Source: Auanema rhodensis (taxonomy: Eukaryota; Animalia; Nematoda). Taken from it: a DNA stretch of 64,000 bases. The notes under the pieces are model-generated. The model was not told where the DNA came from. It did no database searches and worked only from the letters and a program-made list of their open reading frames with translations. The stretch is from assembly GCA_964057225.1 (NCBI GenBank), contig OZ059897.1, positions 13,206,001 through 13,270,000 of the forward strand, read 5' to 3'. Position numbers and translations under genes: made by a program. Shown piece by piece: positions 1 to 10,910 of the stretch (position 1 is the first letter of the stretch; every line of letters begins with the position of its first letter).

Positions 1-628
1 ATATTAAGGTTTGCGTATTTTTGAACAAGTTAATAGTATTACCGTTTCGAAAATGAGGAAATGATGATTTTTCTCATTATGTTCCCTGGCTAATATCTTT
101 TGCATTACACTTCTGTTTCTTCGTCAGATGATAATCTATCCGGTTAGCGCAGCTCTTCTTCCACTAGCTGGCATATGCCGGTCCTTCTCTGTTTGAGGAA
201 AGGCAGAATAGACAGTCTATCGTATTGCACTATATGACTCTGCTCAAGCTGAGCCCTAAGGGCGCGAAAATTTATTTGTTTATGCTTGTTTGGCTTGATA
301 TTTGGAGAAACTGCGTACAATACATGAGTCTTTATAGAGGAAATACTTTTGAACACTTCAATAACACTGAATTTGATGAATAATTGTTCTTATAAACTCT
401 AATCCATCAATCTCACTATTTAAGAATGAGAGATACCATTAAATTGGGATATAAAGCAAGTGTTAAACACAATTCTTTACACTTTAAAGTTCAAATTATT
501 TTTTGCTCTGTATGTGTATGACAAAAACTTAACTCAGCGTTAGTGAAAAATAGAAAAAAAAACCATTCATAAGCCATTTTTCTACTTAGGTTTATGGTAA
601 ATATAGCAATTAAAGCATTATTTTCCAG

Positions 629-1975
629 CATTGCATATGATCCATTGTCTGAAGATTCCGCTCTTAAAAGTGCCAAATTACTGCGTGACTTTGCTCAGGA
701 AACTACATTTGACTCAGTGAGTTATTATTCCGGTTTTTTGACGAATCCTTAGAAATCACCTTTGTTTGAGTAAAGGTGGGACTATGGTTGTTTTTTTCAA
801 AGAACAACCTAATATCCAGTTAAATAGTGATATATATATATATATATGTTGGAAAATTGTGAAATTTTCAAACATAGAGGCAAGTTTTGACTTACATCCA
901 TAAATTGATTTTAAACAAAAAAAAAGAAGAATATTTCTTATCTTCCCTAACACATACACTAAAGTTCTCGATAAGTTAGAAAATTTGAACAATTTTATCG
1001 AAATAATGTAATGATTGGACTACAATCACAAAAGAAGTTTTGAGTCACCTTGGTTAGTATGACATGGTTGTTCAATACAATACCAAAACTAGAAAACGAA
1101 TGAAATAAAAAAAAGTATTCAACAATGCCCTAACAGTTCTCAACCAATCTCTTATGGAATTGAAACAGGATTTTCGATTTTTATCACTTCACTGTTCATT
1201 TTAAACTTATTCAAGGAAACGAGAGTACTTCTGCCATATTTGCAAGCAGTTCCCGTGCATCAGTACTCATTCGTTCAAATAAACTAGTCTGGGAATATCC
1301 GTAAGCATAGGATTGTATGGGTATGTCATGTGTGCAAAGTATAGACAGTCTTTTGTATCTGAGAATATGCTAAACTAAATTGGTCAAATGTTCAAAAGCA
1401 CACACAGGTCTGGGAAAATCAAGAGTTCGTTGAAGAATAAGAAAATGTATATGCATTTTAATTTGCATTTCAAATTTTTAATATCTTCATTATTAGAAAT
1501 ATTTGCAGGCTAATTATGTAGCCGAAATGATTGTTGCTTCTGGATCCTCAACGACGGATGCTCATCTCAATGCCGGACAAACTGGCTCTGATGATCTTCA
1601 CTATCTCATTGACTTTGATATGGCTTTTCTTGCAGATTCCGAAGAGCAGTAAGCCACGATTAGTCATTTTAAGTATTTAACATCTATTGTTATCATAGAT
1701 TTGAAAAAAACGAATTGTCTCAGCGAAAAGAGTATGCTCATTTGAACGACGAAGAGTATGCCAAGCAAAGACTAAAGGTAAAAACAGTTCTCTTATCTCC
1801 ACCTCCACAGTGATTAAAGATCAAAAGTTTTTGTTTCCAGGTCCTTAAGCTTTTCCTCCAAATTCCCAATATATTCGCCACAGCCGAGCTTAGACAAGAG
1901 TTCGAAGAGCGCGCCAGGAAAAACATCAGTCGTGAGATCGAGCTTCTGGAAGGCGGAAAAAGAAAGTATGATTAA
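629..1975 (+). CDS. HD-superfamily predicted metal-dependent phosphohydrolase-like protein (COG4339 type), 5'-partial; exons 629-716, 1509-1648, 1699-1777, 1841-1975
   Basis: Phase-consistent GT-AG splicing gives IAYDPLSEDSALKSAKLLRDFAQE...DLHYLIDFDMAFLADSEEQFEKNELSQRKEYAHLNDEEYAKQRLKVLKLFLQIPNIFATAELRQEFEERARKNISREIELL*, matching the family pattern (YDP...SA; DxDLxxL; RxEY; YE..AR.N..RE). The exon carrying the HD motif appears to lie upstream of the window. Confidence 0.75.
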
Positions 1976-3669
1976 ATGTAAATGGAATTCTCATTTTCTC
2001 TGTATAGAATGAGTATGTATTTGTGTATACTCAAATTTTTTCTCGCTTCTGCTGTTTTTACAGACTCTTTCCGGTTAATGATCTCCAAAAATACCTTCAG
2101 AAAGAGTTTAGCACACAATATTGCATTTTCTTTCATAACATCTCTCTTGCATCTGAATCTTTTATCCGTCTTTAATTCTTTTCTCCTCTTTTTTTGTGAT
2201 CTTCGCCTATCGGGAAAAATAGCATTTTTTCTGCATAGATGGCTAGATTTAAAAATATATTTATGCATCCAGAACGTTTTTAGTGAATGAATAGTTTCGC
2301 AAGTCTTTTTCTTCTTCACATACATATGGTCAGATACACATACACACAAACAGAATAAAAATGTTGAAATAGAAGACCTAGCCCACTGCTATGTCGATTG
2401 TCTTCTTCATCAACCATCTTTCTAAGAGCTCTACAAAGCTTTCACTCAGTATTTTTCTCATGCACAATTCGGTGGAGCTTCGTCTTGTATTGATTTCCGA
2501 CCGGTTACCTCAGAAGCACTGTCGCGTCCTTGTCGCGTTTCAGGTCGTGTGCTAGTGCTCTCTTCTTAGTAGACGACAGACACTATTTTGTCAATCAATT
2601 GATTGACATTGGGAAACATTAAGTTATAAATGGATAGAGTTGTCCACATATCCAAAATTTCGACAAGGAAAAGGTGGCTAAAAAAATAGGCTGAGTAATA
2701 GTAGTCGGGATCTCGGAGTCGGCCAAGGACAGGAGGCTGACCTAGTGACAGCATTTGCGGTTAGTCTTTCAACTGAGATCATATATGAGTTACAATATCA
2801 TCTGTTAGAATTTAAAATAAGATTAGTCGAAGAGGATTATGAGGGTGAAAGAGATTTATGGAAATTCTAGGAGATATATTCATCATGACAATACAATCGA
2901 ACGTATCACGTATTACAAAACAACCGACGTCATTTCCGGTACGTAAAAACCGTGCACCGGTTGATCATACAGACATCAAGCATTAAACTTAAATGTTTCT
3001 CCAACGTGTTCATGATTTTTGATATTTAATATCTTGATATTAGCTTTATGTGTTATACTTATTTCCTATACCCACCTCTGACTTCATGCACTTAAACAAC
3101 TGTTATCTCTTGCTATCTCAACGGCACTCACTTAGTCGTCCTCGTGTGTCCTTTCTCACTGAAGCTTTTCCCTACTTTCTTCTCGATATTTAGCCCACTC
3201 TTTTCTATATTTCCTATGCTTTCTGTTCTTCAGCTGTTCCTCTCATTTCGTGCTTTTCTGTTCTTTTCTCTCCAACATTCTCAACAACAGTTCGCTGATT
3301 TCTCTCCGTCTACATAGCAGAGAGCAAGGGATGACTCTAAAACCAAGCAGTGGAGCTAATTCGATTTGATTGTCACTTTAAAGGAAAACCAATTTTGGCT
3401 TGAATCCAGGTGGGATCCTTCTGAAATATGCAAATTAGGGCCACGGTGATTACGGGGAGGACGATTATCTCGATCGATCACAGTCGACTGACCACCACAA
3501 CCACAACCAACAGATTTTACACACTGGCCATCTAGACCCGAGTGTGGAATGAGAGAGTACACCACAATGAGAGGGTTGAGCGCGCAGGGGGGCAGGGATG
3601 GAGGGGCACATGAAGTGGTCGGCGGAAAGTTTCGAGTGTGGCTGCCGGCTGAACTGTTGCTAGCCCTGG

Positions 3670-3677
3670 ATTTCAGG
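3670..3677 (+). promoter_or_regulatory. Probable SL trans-splice acceptor (TTTCAG/G) for mel-11
   Basis: Nematode-consensus acceptor ~95 nt upstream of ATG 3771, no ATG between the two. Confidence 0.45.
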
Positions 3678-3770
3678 CTGCGTTCGTGGTCTTCTTCTTC
3701 TTCACCGTCATCTTCATCATCTTCTTCATTTCCTGATTCTGTGTCCTTTCCGTGTGTCTGAAAACGGGAT

Positions 3771-6700
3771 ATGGTCAGAGACGACGATGATATTGATGCT
3801 GAAGAAGCTGGCAAAACTGCCCATATGCTTCAAGTTAAGCAGCTCATTTCCAAAAATGTTATAACCAAAAGAAAGGTATGTGATAGTTCTTATTTTATAT
3901 TTTTTCTAATTTCATAAGCTTGCTTGGGTCACTTTTTAATTAATTTTAATTGTTATTTTATACTTATTTTCTTTTACTATAATAAAAGCCATATGTTAAA
4001 GTCGCGCAAATTCTAATGTTTTGATTAAAAACATATGTTTCTAAGCTAAGAAACTCGGAAACGAATCATTTTATTTTTCTTGCTTTCTAATTATCTTTGA
4101 ATCAGCCAACGGAAAAGTTCATGCAATTTTGTTTCTTGTACCACTTATAATGAATCATTCGATCAGCGCAGAACCTGCACATTCATTTTTTTATTTTTTT
4201 TGTCTTAACAGTACATGTGTTGTTTTATTTCTATATATGTATTTTATATTATGCTACATATTCCGAGCATGTTTTGGTTTCATTCCCCTAGTATCAAATC
4301 ATCACACGATTTGTTCACCTTTTGCATTTCTTTTTCTTTAACTTAAGCATCTCGAATACAATATTTTGAATTTAATTTCTCTTGTTTGCCAACGATTTCT
4401 ACAGTGAATTAATTTGTTCTGTTTGTTTTTAAGCATTACTAACATATTTAAAAGTATACTTCTCAATTTTCCCCGTTCGTTATCATTTGGCAAGAAATTG
4501 TTCTTCATTTTTTTTTAATAATTCAAAATATTTTTGAATTTTGATTGTCCTTGCTTACTTATGACGTTCTTACCCTGTTTTCGTTTTCAAAAAAATGTGT
4601 TCACACCTTTTTCTTTTCTGTTCATTCATTGGTGACTAAGGTTAGATCGAATTTTCGCTGAGCACAGCTGAGATTCTGGAAAAATTGTCGTCGTTTGCGT
4701 GGTTTTCAAGTCTTCTGTACGTAAGCTGAACGGTCAACAGGGCGATTAGCTTAACAAAGCTGCTTTTTCTTGTCTAAATTGCGCGTTTCTATCATCTGGG
4801 CATGTATGAAGACAAAGTTTCAAAAGACTAGTCGATAATTACATAATCTTTATAGTTAAAGTCGTCATTTACCAAGTTATAGTAATTGTGCATTTTGTAG
4901 GAACAGCTACATCGTTGGCAATCCAGTGAAATGAATGGCGAATCAGTATTACGACGGAAGAAACCTCGAGTACAATTTCAGGTCGGATTTCTTCTGTTAG
5001 GATGAAATTTTCATATACTTTACTCTTCAGGATAGCGATATATTTTTAAGTGCTTGTATGTCTGGAGATGAGGAAGAAGTAGAAGATTTGTTAGAAAAGG
5101 GAGCCGATATTAACACAAGTACAATTGACGGTCTTACAGCTCTACATCAGGTTTTTTTGCTTATGTTTCGTTTCATTATTGCTTTATTTCAGTCGGTGAT
5201 AGATAGTAAACCAGAGATGGTTCGATTTTTATGTGAGAAAGGAGCTGATGTCAATGCTCAGGATAACGAAGGCTGGACACCTCTTCATGCTGCTGCGTGT
5301 TGTGGTAACTTAGCTATAGTTAAGTACTTATGCCAGAACGGAACTGATATGGCCATTATTAATAGGTTTCCTTATATCACATGATATTTTATAAATAAAT
5401 CATTTTTTAGCGACAAAGAGCTAGCATTAGATCTTGCCGATGACGAAGCTTGTCGTGAATACTTAGATTACGAGTATAAGCGACAATCTATTGATCCGGA
5501 TCAGTGTAGGAATGTTGAGCTAACAACGATGATGAGAGATGCTCAGAAATGGTTGAAAGAAGGCAAATACAAGTAATATTGGATGTTATTTCTAATTTTC
5601 TAATTTGCTTCTAATTCAGTGATTCACCTCATGCTCAAACTGGTGCTTCGGCTTTACATGTAGCAGCAGCAAAAGGTTATATTCAGCTTCTTGAACTACT
5701 ACTCTCTGCTGGTGGAAATGCTAAATGCCAAGACAAGGTTAGTCTTAATTTCCGCCTTAAACTTAATTTCCTATTCAGGATGGCTGGACTCCTCTTCACG
5801 CTGCTGCTCATTGGGCTGAGCGTGACGCATGTAAGATTTTAATCGAAAATGGCGGTAGCATACATGATTTAAGTTTTGCGGTATGGTAGAAAATATGTGT
5901 TTATATGACAAATGATATAATTCAGGGTCAAAATGTGTTAACTGTTGCTGATAGTAAGATTGTTGAGTACTTAGAAGATTTAGAACGAACTGTTGAAAAG
6001 AAACGTGTATCATCTTCACCGTCTACTACAAGTGTACTGCAGGTTCATTGATTCTATGAGTTTTATCTTTATATACTTATGTTTAGGAGAAGAATGTTCG
6101 CGTAGGTGATGACCAAAACGGAAATGAATATAAACGCGAATATCGGGAAGCAAGCAGTGAAAATGAATCTGTTTATACTGTTCCCAAGTGCCCAAAACTA
6201 TCTGAAAAGTCGCCCTCTGTGGAATCGCAGTCTTCACAGGATTCCCGGAGGTCAGTAGAAGAAGAAATATCTCCCGAGAAGTCAGAGAGTGAAGCTACAT
6301 GCAGCGCTAGGTTTGTTGCAAATACTATCTTATTTCAAAACGTATATTTATATAAATTTTTAGGTCTTCCGAGGAACCTTCTATCTCAGGATCTGAAAGA
6401 TCCACTTCATTAGATAAACCATTGCAAAATCATCGGTCATTTGCTTCAAGTAATAGCACAATTTCTAGTTCTCCTACAACTGCTAGTTCCATAAGTGCTG
6501 TATCAACTAGGACATCTGTAATATTCTTTTTTATCAAAATAATTAAATAGTTTTCTCTTTTTAGTCTAATAGTTCTTCATTGCAAAGTGGAGATCAACAT
6601 ATTGCTTGTACAGTACCTATTCCTAGGCCATTACAACAACCAAACTCATGGATTAACCGAGGAGTTCAACTCGTTACCAGGTAAATTTTTTTGAAAGATT

Positions 6701-9700
6701 TTGTATTATTTCTTTCTAGTTTGTCTACTTTAAATTATATGCTTCTCTTCATTTAAGAAAATTTATTTTAAGATTTCAATAGTATATATATATATTCTTG
6801 TGCACTGAGATATAGAGTTCTTGAACTTTTAATACATTATAATATAGATCAATGCTCGTGATTTCAAAAAAAAAACACAAATATTTTTGTAATAAGCTTT
6901 GTGAAGAAAATAGCACATAATTTTTGAACTTTGTCATTGGTGCTTGTGCGATTAATTGAATGTTCGATGAAATTCCTGATACTTTTACAGGTCGGCGAGT
7001 ACATCTTCCGGCTCAGGAAGCAGAAACTCTGAGGGATCTGTGTCTGCTTCATCTCAAGCATCTGTTAGTTCTCCTAGTGCATCAGGATCTCCTGCCCCTG
7101 CCTATTCTGCTAACAGCAGCCTTCTACATAATAAAACATTGTAAGTTTTTTATATTATCATGTTTGGAATGTTTTTTTCTGTTATTTTGCGTTAGTGCAT
7201 GCTCTATGTTTGTTCAGTTTCGAGCCTTCTGTGCAACGTTCTACGTCTATTCCTTCTAATTTGCCTTGGCTGTCGTTATGTCGTAGTGGTAGCAATTCAC
7301 AAGTTCGTTCACCTGCTGATGGCCCAGCTTTTCCTCAATACTTGAGTCAAAACCGGGTATCAGCATTCCGACCTCCTATAAAGGTGTCAAACTCACCACC
7401 TGTTTCGGAATTACCACGCGGCTTACAGCCACAACATTTAAGTCCCCAAAAGATGAGGTCCGTGTTTCGTTTATGTGATGTGTGTTGAATGCTTTTGTAG
7501 TGTTATGTTATCTTTATCTAGCTAAGTCTTTTTAGACCTTGGTTGTCCAGTACAGTAAATGAAAGTGAAGCTGAACGAAGAACAACTGCTCGCCTTCAAA
7601 GACAAAATAGGCGCTCAACTCAAGGAGTTACAAAGGTATCGTATTACGTTTGGAGTGTTTTTGGAGCTCTAAACATATAATTATTCATTTTATTCATATA
7701 GGAGCAACTGGAAGAAGCTAGTCGGATTGCTTCTGAAGAATCTGCTCGTCGGCGCAATTCAGCTAATACCCATTCTTCGGTGGGCTCCAGCGAAACATCT
7801 CAACGTGACTGTGTAAGTTTCGAGATTATGATTATTTTCTTTCATTATATTGTTCATCTCATCCGGGAAAATTGTTTTGCGGTTCTGCCATGACCTTTTA
7901 TAATTTTAATTGCTGGTCTCGTTCTCTATCCCTTCGACATTTCAAGAAAGAGATAGGAGACGTTCATCATCGCTGTAGGGTGTTCATGATAAACTAGGGA
8001 ACAGAGAGCGAAAGAGTAAAGGGAAAGATTAGGATGACCTAATAATACAGAAATTATTAGAAAATCACAACTAATGACTTACGCGAATTGTGGCGAGAGC
8101 TGTATTTTAATGGATCGGGATGTTGGCAAACATTGTGAAATCTGGGGGTTTATATTATATATGAACAAATCATTATATATTTTCTTAACAACAGTGTAAC
8201 AAATATAAAAATAGCACTCTTAATGAAATAGTTTTATAGTACAGTTTTCATATTATAGATTTTGGCTCGTCTTGCATCTGAAGAACAAGATTCAACTTCA
8301 ATATCCGAAAGCTCCGAACCTCAAACGTCAAGTGTGCGGATATTACCTGATGGCAGCGTTCAAGGTTAGTAGCATGTAAATTAGTCATTCTTCATTTTTC
8401 AATTCTTGAAGACTTGGATCGAAGTAGTTCTGATAGATCCTCACCTCATACAACGAATGCTTCAATCTACTTATATAAAAACTCTTCTAATACATCCACA
8501 AGTACAACTCCATCATCTACTGGTTTACGACGTAAAAGCCAGGTTAGTGGCCTGCTATTTTCTCATCTTTTATCTTATTTCAAGTTTCCTTTACTTTTTT
8601 TTTTACTTTTATCTGAATATTAAACATTTTTTTGCCTTGCATATGTTTTGCTAGTTTTTAGTTTTTGTGTTGCTCAGTTTAATTTTTGAAAGCTATTCTT
8701 ATTTTGGGCTTTTGTTTTTGTTTGTTTTCGAGTTTTGCTCTTAACAGGGTGTCCCGTTGTCACGCTCCAATCGCCGTGGTACTGGCCCGGTTCTGCCTGA
8801 GGATTTGCATGCTGCTGTTGCCAGTGTCAGTATTAGTTCTCCACCGGATTCTGTTCCTGCACCTTCAACTCCAACATCAGCTCCACCGCCGCCTCTTCGT
8901 TATGCAACAAATAACGGAGCTTCCTTTAGTAGACCTATAATAACTCCGTTTTCAAGAACTGATGCTCGTTTGAATCCTTCGAGCATTTACTCTTCGACAA
9001 CTTCATCATCAAATGATAGAACAATAGGGCAAGAGTTGAAATCATCGTCGGTACCTCCATCTACTTCAACGGTATGTCCTTTAGCTTGTGGTTTTTGATG
9101 TTTGCATGTTTATTGTTTCTCTATGTTTGATTTGTTTCTTTTTTACTGCTTTTTTTGATTTCGACTTAGTTTTAACTCAATACCTAATCCTGTTTATATT
9201 CTTGCAAGTTCACCCTATGTGATGATTCTAGGTTGCTTTCTGTCTTTTGATTGCTCTTTAACTTCTTTGCTCTCTGGCCGTTAGCACAATGGCGCCGAGA
9301 ACAAAATTTCTTTGTCCACTTATCTTTTTTCGTTAGAGTATCCCTCATGTCATCTTCATCAACCTCTTCTTTTTGTTAGAGCAGGTAGATTTTTGCAGTC
9401 AACGCCCATCTATCTTTTCATATCTTTAAACTAAACTCACTTCATTCTTATGTATTCACCTTATTCTACTAGTTATTCATCTTCGAGATCTAGCTCTCGG
9501 CTACATTGTTCTCCACGTCGTTTAGGCGACGTGAGATCGAAATCCGTAGGCCCCCCATCCGTATTCAGAAGTACCAGTTCTGATAGATTTTTTAGAAGTT
9601 CAAATGCTTTAATTGATTCTAAATTAGGTGTAAGTATCACAAGTCTTCTCTATGCTATTTAATTAACAGCATGAATATCTTTCATTTTGTAACTAATATT

Positions 9701-10910
9701 ATAATTTCCACTATTCCTACCTTTCTATGAAACCGAAATATTTCAGAGCATGAGAACAGTTTTAAAAACTAAAGATATGTTTAAATTATTTTTTTAGCCG
9801 AGCAGTATAACAACGTCAGGATTGCGTAGTGCTGTTGTTGCTCCATCGCCAAGTAGCAGGTTCACTTCTAAAGCTACTGTTTCTCCTCTTCATCCGTCAC
9901 CTTCTTCAGCTTTTACAGCTTCTTCCAATGTTTGTATATGTTTTATACACATCCTTAGAATTCTCGGTCAAACGTATGATATTTTTACACTTGAATTTCA
10001 GGCTTACTCATCTCGTCCTTCGGAAACCAACTTAAATTATAAAGCTTTGTATGAAAAAGAGAAGTCTGAATCAGAAAGGCTACGAAGAGAGCTGGAAGAT
10101 ATGAAAAAACTGCAAGATGTATGAGTTTCATATTTATTTTCTATTATTAACATTGTCCTGATTTAGAGCTCTAGTTTATCAGTTACTCGTGCTGGAACTT
10201 CAAGATTCAGAAATGGATCTCCTGCTAGTTCAATACCTCTTAGTAAATCTTCTTCTGGAGCTTCCGTAGATGATAATGAGAGAAGATCATTAGAACGAAA
10301 AATATCCGATCTCGAGTTACAAGTCAAGGTATGCTGATGTTTTTCTAATTGTATTCATCATTATCTACCATCTACGTTTTTTTTGATAAATTATCGAAAA
10401 CATTAAATTTTAGGAGCAGAATGCTCTAGCTTCTGAGAATGCACGTCTTCGCTCGGAGAACGAAGCGTTGGTTCGCGTTTTAGCCAAAATCAGTCGACCG
10501 ATCGCCAACTAATTCTCCTTCTATAAAAGATATTTTCAAAAGTGGGGATTGTATGCGCTTTACTTAACATTTTATTTCTAAAAATCTGTGCCTAACGTGG
10601 GATCCCATTTTCACAAAGTTGTGCTTAACTAAAAAACTTCAACCTAGCTCAGTTATTATAAAAACCCTCGAATCCCGTTTTGATGTCCGCGTTTATTAAC
10701 ATGTCTTTTCCTGTGAGATCGAAATGATTTAAAAAACTAACATTACATGGGCAAATCAAGCTTGTATTTTTCTTGCGCATGCTCCTTTTTACTTTTAAAA
10801 CTCTAATTATAATTTTTTTATAGGCTGTTAACCAACTGCGAATGGAAAATCAACGCTTAAAGGAGGAGAATGGAGCTCTAGTACGTGTGATTTCAAAAAT
10901 GAGAATCTAG
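3771..10910 (+). CDS. mel-11: Myosin phosphatase regulatory subunit MYPT1/PPP1R12 orthologue; ~23 exons, alternative last exons 10414-10512 or 10824-10910
   Basis: MyPhoNE motif RK|EQLHRW across exons 3771-3875/4901-4981, PP1-docking RVQF, ankyrin repeats (DGLTALHQ, EGWTPLHAAACCG, TGASALHVAAAKGY, DGWTPLHAAAHW), inhibitory phosphosite motifs RRSTQGVT (7536-7635) and RRGTGPV (8749-9071), coiled coil NYKALYEKEKSE, ERRSLERKISDLE and terminal zipper ENQRLKEENGALVRVISKM. Confidence 0.95.
9450..9629 (+). CDS. mel-11: Putative internal alternative first exon of mel-11 (60 codons, Ser/Arg-rich)
   Basis: ATG 9450, open to a consensus phase-0 donor GGT|GTAAGT at 9630 that joins in frame to exon 9798; in-frame TAA at 9432; acceptor TTTTGCAG ends at 9398. 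Confidence 0.6.
10414..10512 (+). CDS. mel-11: mel-11 proximal alternative terminal exon (variant leucine zipper)
   Basis: TTTTAG acceptor, phase 0 with donor at 10329; EQNALASENARLRSENEALVRVLAKISRPIAN*, paralogous to the distal last exon. Confidence 0.85.
   Translation, partial: EQNALASENARLRSENEALVRVLAKISRPIAN

Noticed and set aside
144-356. 70 aa minus ORF and other ORFs in 144-2754
   Set aside because: No motif; they lie in introns, antisense to exons or in the 3' region of the HD-family gene
1215-1300. Exon-like block GNESTSAIFASS... with GTAAG donor
   Set aside because: Ends in phase 2 and puts exon 1509 out of frame; 629-716 splices directly to 1509
2772-2790. TGAGATCA bantam/miR-80-like seed
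   Set aside because: No matching hairpin arm or mature-sequence similarity beyond the seed
3356-3814. 152 aa antisense ORF and 70 aa uORF (3549-3761) at the mel-11 5' end
   Set aside because: Explained by the GC-rich promoter and (TCT/TCA)n tract; the uORF start would be removed by trans-splicing at 3676
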